NCBI RefSeq assembly: GCF_020696975.1
Contig: NZ_JAJGBK010000017.1
Location: 4,804 to 68,803 of the forward strand
Length of the DNA stretch: 64,000 nt
Source of the DNA: Methanoculleus sp.
GTDB lineage: Archaea > Halobacteriota > Methanomicrobia > Methanomicrobiales > Methanoculleaceae
Direction: 5' to 3'
Positions within the stretch are counted from its first letter, which is position 1. The number at the start of each line of letters is the position of its first letter. A program made the position numbers and the translations under genes. Below the pieces are notes generated by a model that made no database searches, was not told the origin of the DNA, and worked only from the letters and a program-made list of their open reading frames with translations. Shown piece after piece: positions 21,104 to 32,202 of the stretch.

Positions 21104-21904
21104 TCACTTCCCTACCGTCTCGCAGCGTTCCAGCATGGAGACGACTGCCTCATCAAAGACACCCGGCAGTTGTTCGCGGAGTCTTCGCACCCCGACCTCT
21201 GTGACACCGCCTCCGGTCGCAACCTCTCCGATCACGTCCCCGGGCGCCCTGCCCGTCTCCCGGAGGTAGGCAGCCGTGGCGGCAGCCATCTCCGTTGCGA
21301 GCACGACCGCCCTTTCCTTCGGGAGACCGCTTGCACGGGATGCTGACCTGGCGAGTTCCTCGATGATGGCGGCAAGCAGTCCCGGCCCGCAGCTCGAGAG
21401 AAGCGTGGCCGCCGGGAGTTCCCCCTCATCGACGAGCATCACATGCCCGATCGACGAGAAGAGCCCCTCCACCCGGAGAGCCCCATGCATCCCCACCTGC
21501 CGGCCATGGCAGACCAGGGTCGTCCCCTGCCCGACCGTGGAGGTGACCGTGGGTACGGCCCTGGTGACCGATCCGGTAAAGAGTTCTTCGATATCCCCGA
21601 GGCTGATACCGGCGGCGAGCGAGACGATATGCTCGTCCCCGTCCATCACCGGGACGATCTCACTGAGGACGCCCTTCGTCTCCTGCGGCCTGACGGCGAT
21701 GATAATGAGACGGCACTGCCGTGCGAGTTCCGTGTTCGTTTCGGCGATACTGATTCCGGGCCACACCGCGGCGCACGCGTCCCTGCTCTCCTGGCTTTTT
21801 GACGCAACCACGACCTCGCCGGCCAGGAGGGCCCCGGACGTGAGAAACCCCTTCACCAGCATGCTGCCCATGTGTCCGTATCCGATGATCCCTACGCGGT
21901 CCAT
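21104..21904 (-). CDS. proC: Pyrroline-5-carboxylate reductase
   Basis: Internal start MDRVGIIGYGHMGSMLVKGF (Rossmann), C-terminal ATGGGVTEVGVRRL. The 63 upstream ORF codons overlap the divergent U32 gene and were discarded. Confidence 0.85.
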   Translation of the reverse strand: MDRVGIIGYGHMGSMLVKGFLTSGALLAGEVVVASKSQESRDACAAVWPGISIAETNTELARQCRLIIIAVRPQETKGVLSEIVPVMDGDEHIVSLAAGISLGDIEELFTGSVTRAVPTVTSTVGQGTTLVCHGRQVGMHGALRVEGLFSSIGHVMLVDEGELPAATLLSSCGPGLLAAIIEELARSASRASGLPKERAVVLATEMAAATAAYLRETGRAPGDVIGEVATGGGVTEVGVRRLREQLPGVFDEAVVSMLERCETVGK

Positions 21905-21989
21905 ACCCAAGGCCCCTCTCCACATCGTTCTCGTGCCCCAAAAGGATACCTGCCAGGTATATAGGCCGGCGGGGTGACTGTACTGGGAT

Positions 21990-24521
21990 ATGCCGCACAA
22001 CCACCCCCGGGTATCCAGATCCCCGGAACTGCTTGCACCGGCGGGGTCGCCGGAGGCCCTGGCCGCAGCAGTCGCCGCCGGCGCCGATGCCATCTACCTT
22101 GCCGGGAGGCGTTTCGGGGCCCGGCACTACGCGGCGAACTTCTCCGATGATGAACTCCGCTCTGCTGTCGATTACGCGCACCTCCGCGGCGTCAGGGTCT
22201 ATGTCACCGTAAACATCCTCATCCGGGACGACGAGCTCCCCGACGTGGCCCGCTATCTCCTCTGGCTCTACGAGATCGGGGCCGATGCCGTCCTGGTGCA
22301 GGACACCGGGGTGGCCTCGCTCGCCCGGGAGGTCGTTCCGGACCTCCCCCTCCACGCCTCGACCCAGATGACGGTCCACAACCGTGAAGGTGTGGTCTGG
22401 GCAGCGCGGGAAGGATTCTCTCGCGTGGTGCTCGCCAGGGAACTCACTCTCGCCGAGATCGAGGGGATGGCGGAGGATGCCGAGGCGCGGGGAGTGGGCA
22501 TCGAGGTCTTTGCCCACGGTGCGCTCTGCTACTGTTACTCGGGCCAATGCCTCCTCTCCTCGGTCATCGGGGGGCGGAGCGGCAACCGGGGGATGTGCGC
22601 TCAGCCGTGCCGGAAGCCCTACCGGCTTGTCATCGGAGAGATGGATGATTTCGGGCGCCCAAAAGACCTCCGGGCTGTGCCCGCAAAGGATCATTATCTG
22701 CTCTCGACACGCGATCTGGCGATCTACCCATACCTCGACCGGATCGTGCATGCACCGGTGGCATCGCTCAAGGTCGAGGGGAGGATGCGCTCGGCAGAGT
22801 ATGTCGCCACGGTGGTGAGCATCTACCGGCGGGCCCTCGACGCAATCGCCGCCGGGGAGGCCTGGTCCCCCTCGCGGCAGGATATCCGGGCTCTCGCCCT
22901 CGCATTCAACCGGGAGTTCACGGAGGGCTACATCCTCGGCGCTCCCGATATCATGGCCCGCGACCGGCCCGGGAACCGGGGCATCCTGCTCGGCACGGTC
23001 GTCGGCTACGACCCCCGGAGGCGGGAGGCAACCGTGCGCCTCATCGGCGATCTCGCGCCCCGTTCCGGCGATGGGCTGGCCTTCTGCACGGACGATCCCG
23101 ATCATGATGTGGGAGCGGTCGTCCGCGGCACCCCCGCTGTCCGGCGCGGCACGGCACGTCTCTCGGTCCCCGAACCCGTGGGAGAGGGCACCCGGGTCTT
23201 CCTGACCCGGAGCGCGGACCTCGAAGAGCGGGCACAACGGGTCATGGAAAAGCCCCTGCAGCAACTGCCGCTCGACGTCACGGTCACCTGGGATGACGGA
23301 ACGCCCTGTCTGGAGGCGACGGTTCTCGCACACGACGACGAGCCGCTCCGGGTGCGCTACCGGTCAGACCTCGTGATGGAGCCGGCACGGAGCCGGCCGC
23401 TTACCACAGAACAGATCGCGGAGCAGTTTGGAAAGACCGGGGGAACGCCGTTTATGATCCGGCATATGGATCTCCGGTACCCGGGCGGGCTCTTTGCCCC
23501 GCTCGGGGAATTAAACAGGGTCAGGCGTTCATTCTTTGAGAGGGTCGAGGCGGCCGTCCTCGCTGCATGGCGCCCGGGACAGAATGCGGTGGATGCCGCG
23601 CGGGAACGGGTTAAGAAAGCGATTGCCGGGATGGTGCGACCGCCTTCACCGCACCCGGAGCCCCGGGTCCCGTCGGTCTCGGTCTACACCGATACCCTCG
23701 AGGGTGCAGCGGCCGCTGCCCGATGCGGTGCAAAGGTTGTCTACCTCGAACCCTCTACCCCCGCCATCCTCAAAGAGGCCGCCGCCGTCTGCCGGGAAGG
23801 GGGTGCAGACCTCGTCTGGAAGTGGCCGTCGATCACCCGGCGTAACTTCCTTGACGCGGCGGCTCCACTCCTCCCGTCGCTCTACGAGGCGGGCATCCAT
23901 GGTGTCATGGTGAGCGGGATGGGGGCGGCGGATGCGGTGCGGCGGGCCGAGCCCCGCATGCCCCTCTATGGCGCCGCCGGGCTGAACGTCTGGAACCACC
24001 GCACCGCCGGAGAGCTGGCGGGTCACTTCCTGCGGTGCACGGCATCCCCCGAACTCCCGGCCGCTGATCTGGCCCGGCTCGCGGAATCGGCCGGGGGCGT
24101 CCTTGAGCTTGAGGTGCTTGTTCAGGGCAACATTGAAGCGCTGGTGACCGAGGACCGGCTGGTGGCGGCGGTTGCCGGGGAGCATCCGGCCGGCCGTTTC
24201 ATGGGCATCGAGGACCGGCGGAACCGTGTCTTCCCGCTCCGTTCCGATGGTGAGGGGCGGACCTGCATAGCGAACGCCGTCGAGACCTGCCTCATAGACC
24301 ACCTCCCGCGGATCGCCGGGATGGGTGTCGATGCCGTCGCGATCGACGCACGAGGGCGCGGTCCCCATTACGCCGCCGATATGGCCCGGATCTACCGGGA
24401 GGGGATCGACGCCGTGGCCCGACGAGACCACGGTATGCTCTCCGTGCTTAAGGACGAGGTGAAACGGCGGGCCCTCGGCGGCATAACCGGCGGGCATTTT
24501 GTTAGAGGAATCGAGGAGTGA
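21990..24521 (+). CDS. Peptidase U32 family protein (two-module, Fe-S Cys motif)
   Basis: [26 protein letters not shown], then YVTVN. Cys motif C-x6-C-x15-C-x3-C ([10 protein letters not shown]...GMCAQPC) at 22527-22610. A second TIM-like module starts near [25 protein letters not shown]. Confidence 0.85.
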   Translation: MPHNHPRVSRSPELLAPAGSPEALAAAVAAGADAIYLAGRRFGARHYAANFSDDELRSAVDYAHLRGVRVYVTVNILIRDDELPDVARYLLWLYEIGADAVLVQDTGVASLAREVVPDLPLHASTQMTVHNREGVVWAAREGFSRVVLARELTLAEIEGMAEDAEARGVGIEVFAHGALCYCYSGQCLLSSVIGGRSGNRGMCAQPCRKPYRLVIGEMDDFGRPKDLRAVPAKDHYLLSTRDLAIYPYLDRIVHAPVASLKVEGRMRSAEYVATVVSIYRRALDAIAAGEAWSPSRQDIRALALAFNREFTEGYILGAPDIMARDRPGNRGILLGTVVGYDPRRREATVRLIGDLAPRSGDGLAFCTDDPDHDVGAVVRGTPAVRRGTARLSVPEPVGEGTRVFLTRSADLEERAQRVMEKPLQQLPLDVTVTWDDGTPCLEATVLAHDDEPLRVRYRSDLVMEPARSRPLTTEQIAEQFGKTGGTPFMIRHMDLRYPGGLFAPLGELNRVRRSFFERVEAAVLAAWRPGQNAVDAARERVKKAIAGMVRPPSPHPEPRVPSVSVYTDTLEGAAAAARCGAKVVYLEPSTPAILKEAAAVCREGGADLVWKWPSITRRNFLDAAAPLLPSLYEAGIHGVMVSGMGAADAVRRAEPRMPLYGAAGLNVWNHRTAGELAGHFLRCTASPELPAADLARLAESAGGVLELEVLVQGNIEALVTEDRLVAAVAGEHPAGRFMGIEDRRNRVFPLRSDGEGRTCIANAVETCLIDHLPRIAGMGVDAVAIDARGRGPHYAADMARIYREGIDAVARRDHGMLSVLKDEVKRRALGGITGGHFVRGIEE

Positions 24522-24606
24522 GAGAGCGCCCCCGGCGGCCGCCGTCGGTTCCCTGCGCCCGGCATCAGAGTTAATATCAGGAGGAGCAACCTATCAGGCA
24601 GACGTG

Positions 24607-25281
24607 ATGGATATGGTTTCACCGTTCATTCTGGTCAATCTCAAGACCTATCAGGAGGGTATGGGCCACAACGCCCACCGGATCGCCGCTGCGGCCGAGA
24701 CCGTGGCAAGAGAGAGCGGTGCCGTCATCGGGATCGCCCCGGCCTTCACCGAGCTTCACCCAATGAGTCACCACTACGCGATCCCGGTCTACGCCCAGCA
24801 TATCGATGCAATCACCCCCGGCGCCCATACCGGTCATATCCTCCCTGAGGCCGTCAGGGCGGCGGGCGCACGCGGCACTCTGATCAACCACTCCGAACGG
24901 CGTCTCACCCTGGCCGATATCGGCGCCTGTGTTGAGGCAGCACGAAGGCTTCACCTCGAATCGGTCGTCTGCACGAACAACGACGCAACAAGCGCCGCCG
25001 CCGCAGCCCTTGGGCCCGGTTACGTGGCGATCGAGCCTCCGGAGTTGATCGGGAGCGGTGTCTCGGTCTCAAAGGCCGACCCCGGGATCATCGAGCGGTC
25101 CGTCAATGCCGTCAGGTCGGTGAACCCTGACGTGAAGGTTCTGACCGGGGCGGGCATCCAGTCGGGTGAATGCGTGAAGATCGCCGTCGACCTCGGAACC
25201 AGCGGCGTCCTCCTCGCGTCGAGCGTCGTCAAGGCCGACGATCCTGAAGCTGTCCTTCGGGACCTGGTCTCCATGCTTTAA
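24607..25281 (+). CDS. tpiA: Triosephosphate isomerase (archaeal type)
   Basis: [29 protein letters not shown]. About 224 aa from the ATG at 24607; the ORF-track start at 24499 overlaps the U32 gene. Confidence 0.9.
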   Translation: MDMVSPFILVNLKTYQEGMGHNAHRIAAAAETVARESGAVIGIAPAFTELHPMSHHYAIPVYAQHIDAITPGAHTGHILPEAVRAAGARGTLINHSERRLTLADIGACVEAARRLHLESVVCTNNDATSAAAAALGPGYVAIEPPELIGSGVSVSKADPGIIERSVNAVRSVNPDVKVLTGAGIQSGECVKIAVDLGTSGVLLASSVVKADDPEAVLRDLVSML

Positions 25282-25288
25282 AAACGGG

Positions 25289-25843
25289 TTATGTTATCAG
25301 GGATATCAGGTCATGCTTGGTGATGACACCCTGGACTTCCCCCTTCTCAAGTACGATGACCGCGTGGCTGTGATGCAGGAGGTGGACGACCGTATCGATG
25401 GGCGCCGTCGGAGGAACCGTTGGAAAACCCGGTTCCATATAGTCCCGCACCAGTCTCCGGTGCGTCTGATGGAGGCCCCCTTCTTCCATGGCATTCATGA
25501 TCGCGGACTCGGATATGCATCCGACGGGCACCCCCTCTTCGAGCACCGGCAGCTGGGAGATGCCGTTCTGGCCCATGATCTCAACCGCATGGCTGACAGG
25601 ATCGCCCGGGGCAATGGAGCGGACAGGTGCGCTCATCACGTCGGCCGCCGTGATTGCTGAGTGTTCCGCCGCCTGAAGGACCTCCACGATCCTTGCAAGC
25701 GTGCTCACCCTCGGGTCCACACTGCCTGCCTCGATCCGCGCGACCATGGACTGGCTGATTCCAGCCATACGGGCTACATCTGCCTGCTTTAAGCCCATAC
25801 GGATCCGTTTTGCGCGCAGCTCGGCCGGGGTGGGTATCTCCAT
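25289..25843 (-). CDS. XRE-type HTH + CBS-pair transcriptional regulator
   Basis: The N-terminus LRAKRIRMGLKQADVARMAGISQSMVARIEAG is followed by two CBS-like repeats. Confidence 0.8.
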   Translation of the reverse strand: MEIPTPAELRAKRIRMGLKQADVARMAGISQSMVARIEAGSVDPRVSTLARIVEVLQAAEHSAITAADVMSAPVRSIAPGDPVSHAVEIMGQNGISQLPVLEEGVPVGCISESAIMNAMEEGGLHQTHRRLVRDYMEPGFPTVPPTAPIDTVVHLLHHSHAVIVLEKGEVQGVITKHDLISLIT

Positions 25844-25919
25844 ATTATTACTATAGGTAATTTTTTTATTTATACATTTGTCTGGAGAGGTTAATATACC
25901 ACAGAGTGCATGAGAGGGT

Positions 25920-26177
25920 ATGGCCGTGAAGGAGGAGGAGCAGCAGAACGTCCTCGAGAAGGTCAGGGATATACTCTCGACCTACTACACCCGGGATGCC
26001 GTCCGGAACGAACTGAAATCCCTGGGATTCGATGTTAAAGCAGAGCACGGGGAGGTCATATCTATGGAGAATACGCCTGCCGAGATCTTCGTCCAGCTCT
26101 TCGTGAACGACCAGGGCGATGTCTTCGACTCGCATGTGGTGACATTTGAGGAGATCGAACTCAAACCGCGGCGATAA
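25920..26177 (+). CDS. Small acidic hypothetical protein
   Basis: 85-aa ORF with AT-rich promoter-like sequence upstream (TTTTTTATTTATAC). No recognisable motif. Confidence 0.4.
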   Translation: MAVKEEEQQNVLEKVRDILSTYYTRDAVRNELKSLGFDVKAEHGEVISMENTPAEIFVQLFVNDQGDVFDSHVVTFEEIELKPRR

Positions 26178-26215
26178 TAACGTTCTATAAACGCTGATAA
26201 GAAGAGTTGCAATTA

Positions 26216-26567
26216 GCAAGGAGTGGGAGGAGTAAGCCTCCTTCTGTTCTGTGCGGCATTCAGCTACGCGCCATACCTGGGCGGATACCAGACGATCCGT
26301 ATGCCCTATTCTGGCTTGCACCCGCAGGGGTTCACCGTTTCACCGTATCCCACCGCTACGTTCAACGAGTTATCGCGCGAAAGTTCGCGCTTCTCGCCTC
26401 CTTTACGGAGGCTCGGTCGTTTCATCACTGACGATGGGCCGTGTCGTTTCTGTGTCATTGCCGTGACTCTCGCCACCCGCACTTGCATGCGGCTGCGTGT
26501 CTGGCCGGTGGGAGGACTTTCCTCAGCAGCACAGGATGTGCCACCGTCGGCCGCACTCTCCCTCTCC
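26216..26567 (-). ncRNA. rnpB: RNase P RNA (archaeal type A)
   Basis: The minus strand carries universal motifs: GAGGAAAGUCC (CR-I; + strand ggactttcctc near 26513-26523), GGUGAAACGGUGAACC, GCAAGCC and ACAGAACAGAAGGAGGCUUAC (CR-IV/V; + strand gtaagcctccttctgttctgt near 26232-26252). The 5' GGAGAGGGAG and 3' CUCCUCCCACUCC ends can form P1. The end coordinates are approximate. Confidence 0.85.
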
Positions 26568-26588
26568 CATATAATATTTCGTAGTAAG

Positions 26589-26596
26589 AATATAAA
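26589..26596 (-). promoter_or_regulatory. Candidate TATA box for RNase P RNA
   Basis: Minus-strand TTTATATT about 25 nt upstream of the inferred RNA 5' end. Confidence 0.4.
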
Positions 26597-26732
26597 GCCG
26601 TACGGGTACCTTGCCTAACCCTTCCTCAACCTTCAGGCATCTCGGACCGCTCCGTGAAGCCTTTCAGACCGGCCGCGCATACCCGCGCCATGGGATAAAT
26701 ATATATACCTGGGTCTTACCATTGGCGTTACC

Positions 26733-27281
26733 ATGGGGGAGCGTGAGACCTGCACACACCTGGAACTTGCGGCAGTCTTTGCAGCGTTCGTTGTCGTCAC
26801 CACACTCTTCTCGCTCGTCTCACTTGGTGCAAGCGCCATGGGCGGTGGTCCCGCATCTAATTTAGGCGCATACCCGGTCCTGACTGCTGGTGAACCGCAT
26901 CTTGCGCCGGTCGGGGACGTCATCGGTTCATCATCGGTCCCGGAGTTTTCCGGCACCTCCGTTGACACCCTCACCTTCCGCATCGCCCATACCGGGGATA
27001 GCGGGGCCGTCGACCTCTCCCGGGCCACTGTGACGGTCATGGCAGGGGATTACCTTGAGATCCTCACGCGGTCAAAAGACCTCCTCCCGGGACCCGGGAT
27101 GTGGACGGCGATACCGCCCGGGGGCGGCACGCTTCTGCACGCCGGAGAGAAGTGCACGATCCGCCTTCACCTTGACCGTTTCATTTCTGCCGATGAGATC
27201 CTGACCATCCAGGTGCGCCCCGAGGGCAGCGGACCCTGCTTGATCACCGGGCCGGTGAATACAGGCTCTTCCCTCTTCTGA
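26733..27281 (+). CDS. Hypothetical exported protein with archaellin/type IV pilin-like N-terminal hydrophobic segment
   Basis: The N-terminus THLELAAVFAAFVVVTTLFSLVSLG resembles the archaellin/pilin class III signal region (GLEAAIVLIAFVVVAAVF type). TATA-like ATAAATATATATA lies ~30 nt upstream, so the mRNA may be leaderless. Confidence 0.45.
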   Translation: MGERETCTHLELAAVFAAFVVVTTLFSLVSLGASAMGGGPASNLGAYPVLTAGEPHLAPVGDVIGSSSVPEFSGTSVDTLTFRIAHTGDSGAVDLSRATVTVMAGDYLEILTRSKDLLPGPGMWTAIPPGGGTLLHAGEKCTIRLHLDRFISADEILTIQVRPEGSGPCLITGPVNTGSSLF

Positions 27282-27320
27282 GAAAGACTAAAAGTATTCA
27301 ATATCATACGACCCATTCTG

Positions 27321-27887
27321 ATGGAAATGCTGACCCCGGAAGAAGGCAGGACGGCAGTTTGTCTGGCACGGAACGCCATCGAGAAAGCCGTCGGCGGTGA
27401 ACGGATGGTGCTGCCCGCTCTTCCCCCGGTCTTCGGGGAGAAGCGCGGCGTCTTTGTTACGATCAAGCGGCAGGGATGTCTCCGCGGATGCATCGGCCTC
27501 CCGTACCCGATAAAATCGCTCGGCGACGCGATCCTCGAAGCGGCCGGATCGGCTGCTCTTGAGGATCCCCGATTCCCACCGGTATCGCGGCCGGAACTTG
27601 CCGATCTCGATCTCGAGGTGACGGTGCTCACACAGCCCCGGCCGCTCGAGTGCCCGCCGGAGGAGCGCCCCGATTGCGTTGAGGTCGGAAAGCACGGCCT
27701 GATCGTCAGCGGCCTCGGGACCGGGGGCCTCCTCCTCCCGCAGGTCCCGACCGAGTGCGGCTGGACCAGCAGGGAGTTCCTCGACCAGACCTGTGTCAAG
27801 GCCGGGTTCCGGCCCGGGTGCTGGAGGCGCAGTGACGTTGCCGTGCTGACTTTCGAGGGGCAGATATTCAATGAAAAGGCGGTCTAA
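27321..27887 (+). CDS. AMMECR1 domain protein
   Basis: [21 protein letters not shown] and LEDPRFPPV motifs. Confidence 0.85.
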   Translation: MEMLTPEEGRTAVCLARNAIEKAVGGERMVLPALPPVFGEKRGVFVTIKRQGCLRGCIGLPYPIKSLGDAILEAAGSAALEDPRFPPVSRPELADLDLEVTVLTQPRPLECPPEERPDCVEVGKHGLIVSGLGTGGLLLPQVPTECGWTSREFLDQTCVKAGFRPGCWRRSDVAVLTFEGQIFNEKAV

Positions 27888-27892
27888 CCCGA

Positions 27893-29344
27893 ATGGCAAT
27901 TACTTTTGAGGTCATACACAAAGATATCGCAGGAAGGGTCGGGAGACTCAGGGTGAACGACAAGATTGTTCGGACACCCGCGCTCCTCCCCGTCGTCAAC
28001 CCCCACCTCCCCCTGGTCACCCCCCGCGAGATGCAGGAGATGGGTGTCGAGGCCCTGATCACGAACGCCTACATCTTCAGGCGGAGCACGGAGTACCACG
28101 ACCGGGCGCTTGCGGAGGGGCTTCACCAGGTTCTCGACTTCGACGGCGTCATCATGACCGACTCCGGCTCGTTCCAGCTCTCCGTCTACGGGGAGGTCGA
28201 GGTGAGTAACCAGGATACGCTCGAGTTCCAGCAGGCGATAGGAAGCGAGATCGTCGTCCCCCTGGACATCCCCACCCCGCCGGACGCAGGGCACGAGAGG
28301 GCGGCACGGGAACTCGCGATCACGATGGACCGTATCCGCGAGGCACAGGAACTCTTCCCTGACGCGAACCTGGCAGGACCGGTGCAGGGCGGCATCTTCA
28401 CCGATCTCCGCGAGGAGGCCGGGCGAGCCGTCCGGGACCTCGACTTCGCCTTCGCCCCGATCGGCGCCGTGGTGCCGCTGATGGAGAGTTACCGCTACAA
28501 AGACCTCGTGCAGGTCGTCCTTGCGGCCAAGCGCGGGCTCTCCCCGGCGACCGCTATCCACCTCTTCGGTGCGGGCCACCCGTCGATGTTCGCTCTTGCA
28601 GTCGCGATGGGCTGCGACCTCTTCGACTCGGCCGCATATGCCCTCTTTGCCCGGGAAGGGCGCTACATCACCCCGCACGGGAGCCTCAAGATCGATGAGC
28701 TCGCAGAACTCCCCTGCCCCTGCCGGGTCTGCCGCTCGATGACCGCCGACGAACTCCGAAAGTCCGAGGATCGGGAGCGGCTGCTTGCCCTCCACAACCT
28801 GCATGTCACTCTTGCCGAGATCGCCCGCATCCGGCAGGCGATCCAGGACGGGACTCTCTGGGAACTGGTCGACGAGCGGTGCCGGAGCCACCCGCGCCTG
28901 CTCGATGGCTACCGGGAACTCCTCGCCCACGCGGCTGAACTCGAGCGCGATGATCCCGTCTCCAAGCGCCGGTTCTTCTACCGGGGCTCAGAGACCTGCC
29001 GGCGCACAGAAGTGCTCCGGTATCAGGAGGTCATCCCCCGCATCCCGCTCGGTGAGCGGGTGCTCGTCTCGTTTGACGGGCGTGAAGTTCCCGGGTTTGA
29101 CACGGTGCTGAACTTCAAACCGCCTTTCGGACCCTACCCTACGGAACTTGCGGAGACCTTCCCGGTCGGCCAGAGCGAGGTCCCGGAGTGGGACGATGAT
29201 ATGGTCCGGTCGGGATGCGCCGGTATCCGGGCCCTGATGGAGGCGCACCCGGAGAAGCGGTTCGCTGTCCGGTGCGATGATGCGTGGGTCAGCCTCGTCC
29301 TCGAAGAGGTCCCCGATGTGGAGGTGTACCGTGAGCAGGTATGA
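27893..29344 (+). CDS. tgtA: tRNA-guanine(15) transglycosylase (archaeosine TGT)
   Basis: [17 protein letters not shown]...[18 protein letters not shown], zinc site CPCRVC. Confidence 0.9.
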   Translation: MAITFEVIHKDIAGRVGRLRVNDKIVRTPALLPVVNPHLPLVTPREMQEMGVEALITNAYIFRRSTEYHDRALAEGLHQVLDFDGVIMTDSGSFQLSVYGEVEVSNQDTLEFQQAIGSEIVVPLDIPTPPDAGHERAARELAITMDRIREAQELFPDANLAGPVQGGIFTDLREEAGRAVRDLDFAFAPIGAVVPLMESYRYKDLVQVVLAAKRGLSPATAIHLFGAGHPSMFALAVAMGCDLFDSAAYALFAREGRYITPHGSLKIDELAELPCPCRVCRSMTADELRKSEDRERLLALHNLHVTLAEIARIRQAIQDGTLWELVDERCRSHPRLLDGYRELLAHAAELERDDPVSKRRFFYRGSETCRRTEVLRYQEVIPRIPLGERVLVSFDGREVPGFDTVLNFKPPFGPYPTELAETFPVGQSEVPEWDDDMVRSGCAGIRALMEAHPEKRFAVRCDDAWVSLVLEEVPDVEVYREQV

Positions 29345-30968
29345 GGCGGGAAGACGTGACGGTCTCGCGCGGATAGGAATGTATGAAGAAGGCGGGGAGA
29401 GCGTATCCCTCCCTGCCGCTCTCGATACGGATACCCTCTTCCCGGCGCTCCGTGAGCGCCCCGCATCAAACGTCCCGCTCTCTGCAGAGGAGGCGTTTGT
29501 CCGGGACTACTTCTCACCGGGAGAGGGGCAGCCGGTGGCTGTCCACCCGCTCGCCCCGCAGGCAGCGGAGTCCGGCGACTGTGTCCTGGTTGCAAACTGG
29601 CACACAGCGCTTAAAAACCCCCGGAATTACGCGGGGTGGCTTGCAGCCTTAAAGGAGAGCCTCCCGCCGGACACCGCGTGGTATGCCCCGGCTGCGGCGC
29701 TCCCCTCGACCGCCTGCCTCCTCGTCTACTCGGGCTTTGACCTCTTCGATTACCGGGCTGTCGACCTCGCCTCCGCGCAGAAGAGGTTCTGCCTCGCCGA
29801 AGGCGAGTTCCCCGCTTCGCTCATGGAGACCGGAATCTGTGGGTGCGAAGGGTGCCGGGACGGCGATCTCGTGCGGCACAACCGTCTCGCGCTCGACCGT
29901 GAACTCGCTCTCGTACGGCACTACATCGAGGCAGGAAAACTCAGGGAACTGATGGAGTCCCGGTGCCGTGCGGACGCCGCACAGGTCGGCATCCTCCGGT
30001 TCCTCGACCGGGACTACGCGTTGATGGAGCGCTTCCTCCCTGTGGTGCGGGCAGTGCCGATGCATGCAAATACCGCCGAGTCGCAGAACCGGGCCGAGAT
30101 CCGGCGGTTCGCCGACCGGGTGATCGAGCGGTTCATCCCGACCCGGACCGACGTCGCGGTCCTCCTCCCCTGCTCGGCGAGGAAGCCCTACTCGCTCTCC
30201 CGGAGCCACCGGCTCTTTACCAACACCGTGGACCGGCGGGCGCACGAACTGATCGTCACCTCGCCGCTCGGCCTCGTGCCCCGGGAACTCGAGCGGGTCT
30301 ACCCGGCAGGCCACTACGACGTGCCGGTGACGGGCTACTGGGACCGCGAGGAGTGCGCATTCATCGCCGATATCCTCGCGCGCTACTTCGCCGCGCACCC
30401 CTACCGCCGGGTTATCGCCCACCTCGAGGGCGGGGCACTCACGGTTGCCGAGATGGCAGCGGAGGCCTCCGGGATCGACCTCGAGGTGACCTGCCAGGGG
30501 CACCCGACGGCACCGGGGTCTCTCCGGGCATTAAACGCCGCCCTCGAGGGCGAGCGCCGGATGCAGACCGACACCATCCGGGGCACGGTCTCCTGGCAGT
30601 TCGCGACTGATATCAATACGAAGGGACTCCAGATCCGGGGCAGGAGCATGCAGATGGCGGTCCTCCGCGGGAAGGAGCAACTCTTCAGCATCGACCCCGG
30701 GACCGGGCTCTTCCGCCCGACGTTTGCAGGATGGGGCCTGATACCGGAGGGCTACCGGGTCAGGATTGATGCGTTCGTCCCGCAGGGCGACGTCCTTGCT
30801 CCCGGGATCACGGACTGCGATCCCCGGATACGGGAGGGTGACGAGGTGCTGGTCGAAGGCCCGCTTGCGATCGCCACCGGCCGGGCGATGATGGGAGCGG
30901 ACGAGATGCTCCGGTCAAAGCGCGGGGTCGCGGTGAGGGTGAGGAAGGTGAAGAAGATCGGGGAGTGA
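29331..30968 (+). CDS. arcS: Archaeosine synthase (ArcS / TgtA2-like) with C-terminal PUA domain
   Basis: The TGT-C1/DUF5591-like core ([16 protein letters not shown]) and a C-terminal PUA-like segment ([18 protein letters not shown]) follow tgtA directly. The start is uncertain: GTG 29331, ATG 29316 or 29277. Confidence 0.8.
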   Translation: MSRYEAGRRDGLARIGMYEEGGESVSLPAALDTDTLFPALRERPASNVPLSAEEAFVRDYFSPGEGQPVAVHPLAPQAAESGDCVLVANWHTALKNPRNYAGWLAALKESLPPDTAWYAPAAALPSTACLLVYSGFDLFDYRAVDLASAQKRFCLAEGEFPASLMETGICGCEGCRDGDLVRHNRLALDRELALVRHYIEAGKLRELMESRCRADAAQVGILRFLDRDYALMERFLPVVRAVPMHANTAESQNRAEIRRFADRVIERFIPTRTDVAVLLPCSARKPYSLSRSHRLFTNTVDRRAHELIVTSPLGLVPRELERVYPAGHYDVPVTGYWDREECAFIADILARYFAAHPYRRVIAHLEGGALTVAEMAAEASGIDLEVTCQGHPTAPGSLRALNAALEGERRMQTDTIRGTVSWQFATDINTKGLQIRGRSMQMAVLRGKEQLFSIDPGTGLFRPTFAGWGLIPEGYRVRIDAFVPQGDVLAPGITDCDPRIREGDEVLVEGPLAIATGRAMMGADEMLRSKRGVAVRVRKVKKIGE

Positions 30969-31455
30969 GTGAGCCCTGGGGGGTTTCGCTTCCCCCTGGG
31001 GCCCATGTTTTGTGGCGCTCAAATTTAGAATCGTCAAGGGCGTCGCTTTTCGTGTCTGTGATTTTCAAACGCCCGCCAGTCCATATGCAGGGTAAGCGAC
31101 TGTTGGAACAGTCGACGAGGATAGAGCCCGGTGCAGTGGACCGTGGTGGCTATCGCCCCGCGGGGGCGGGGCTGACGGGGAGTGCGAGCGCAGCGAGCTT
31201 GAGCACCGATAGGTGCGAGGGGGGCATGCCCCCTCCCCTGTCTCCAATTCGCAAAGATCCGCACTTCTTGTCACCCCCACCCCGCCCGGCCTCCGGCCTC
31301 CTCCCCCACCCCCTGGAGGGGGTGGGGGCAGTGCGTGGCGATACTCAGTGGAAATCCGGGCGAGGGTCTACACAAATAACCCCATGGTCATTGCACCTAC
31401 CGGGGACCATACGCCTTGCCGATACTGCGGCCTTAAACCCGTATTGTAAATGTAA

Positions 31456-31484
31456 CCAAAAAAAGAAAGGCAGGACCCCCTGCC
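31456..31484 (-). terminator. Hairpin plus U-tract terminator-like element downstream of ybjQ-like gene
   Basis: Minus strand reads GGCAGG-GGGU-CCUGCC followed by UUUCUUUUUUU, about 10 nt after the stop codon. Confidence 0.5.
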
Positions 31485-31493
31485 CCTAAACCC

Positions 31494-31817
31494 CTACTTC
31501 TTCGGGACGAGCTTCACCGCTGTCCCGTAGGCGAGGAGCTCTGCCGCCGTCGCCATCGTCTGGGATGTCGTAAAGCGGATGTTCACCACTGCGTCCGCCC
31601 CAAGGTCGCGCGCGGCGTTGACCATCCGGTTGTATGATTCTGTCCGGGCGTCGGCGAGCATGTCGGTATACTCATCGAGTTCTCCGCCGACAAGGCTCTT
31701 TAGCCCGGCCAGGACATCCTTTCCTACGTTCTTTGTCCGTACCGTGTTCCCAAAGACCACGCCGAGGATCTCCCCTACGGCGTAGCCTGGAACCTCTGCA
31801 GTCGTCGTCAGTATCAT
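31494..31817 (-). CDS. YbjQ/UPF0145 family protein
   Basis: MILTTTAEVPGYAVGEILGVVFG...DAVVNIRF is typical UPF0145. Confidence 0.85.
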   Translation of the reverse strand: MILTTTAEVPGYAVGEILGVVFGNTVRTKNVGKDVLAGLKSLVGGELDEYTDMLADARTESYNRMVNAARDLGADAVVNIRFTTSQTMATAAELLAYGTAVKLVPKK

Positions 31818-31823
31818 CTTCGT

Positions 31824-32039
31824 TCACTCTCTTATCGCTTCGATTGTCTCCTCGCGCCCCCGCCAGATGATCAGCGCAAGACCGATCACGATGAGCGGGA
31901 CGCCGTATATGAGGGGGAACGGGAGCACCAAGATCGCTACGGCTGTGATCACCGCGCCGATGGCGGTCAGGGCAATCCCCCAACGTGCCGGACTCCGCAT
32001 ACCTATCCCTGAGACGGGTGGGGGGATAACCATTCGCAT
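31824..32039 (-). CDS. Small two-TM membrane protein
   Basis: 71 aa with two hydrophobic helices. Lies 6 nt upstream of the ybjQ-like gene on the same strand. Confidence 0.5.
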   Translation of the reverse strand: MRMVIPPPVSGIGMRSPARWGIALTAIGAVITAVAILVLPFPLIYGVPLIVIGLALIIWRGREETIEAIRE

Positions 32040-32202
32040 TCTTCCCCCGGATCATGACTTATCCTCCGGATCTCTGGAGGATCTCTATGGCACCGATCGC
32101 CAGCGGCCCATCCGGGATAGCTGAAGTAAAGAGGCTGGAGTCACAATATGTACGAAAAGTTCGGATGCGTCTCGATGATACGATCGACCAGCACCGTCAG
32201 GA

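Noticed and set aside
21660-23333. 557-aa ORF on the minus strand
   Set aside because: Antisense to the U32 gene and overlapping proC, with no recognisable motif and an Arg/Gly/Pro-rich shadow-frame composition.
30965-31489. 174-aa ORF (and 31213-31449) in the arcS / ybjQ-like spacer
   Set aside because: Low-complexity P/G/A-rich translation, no start context, and palindromic GC repeats explain the open frame. I treat the region as non-coding and list it as a finding instead.
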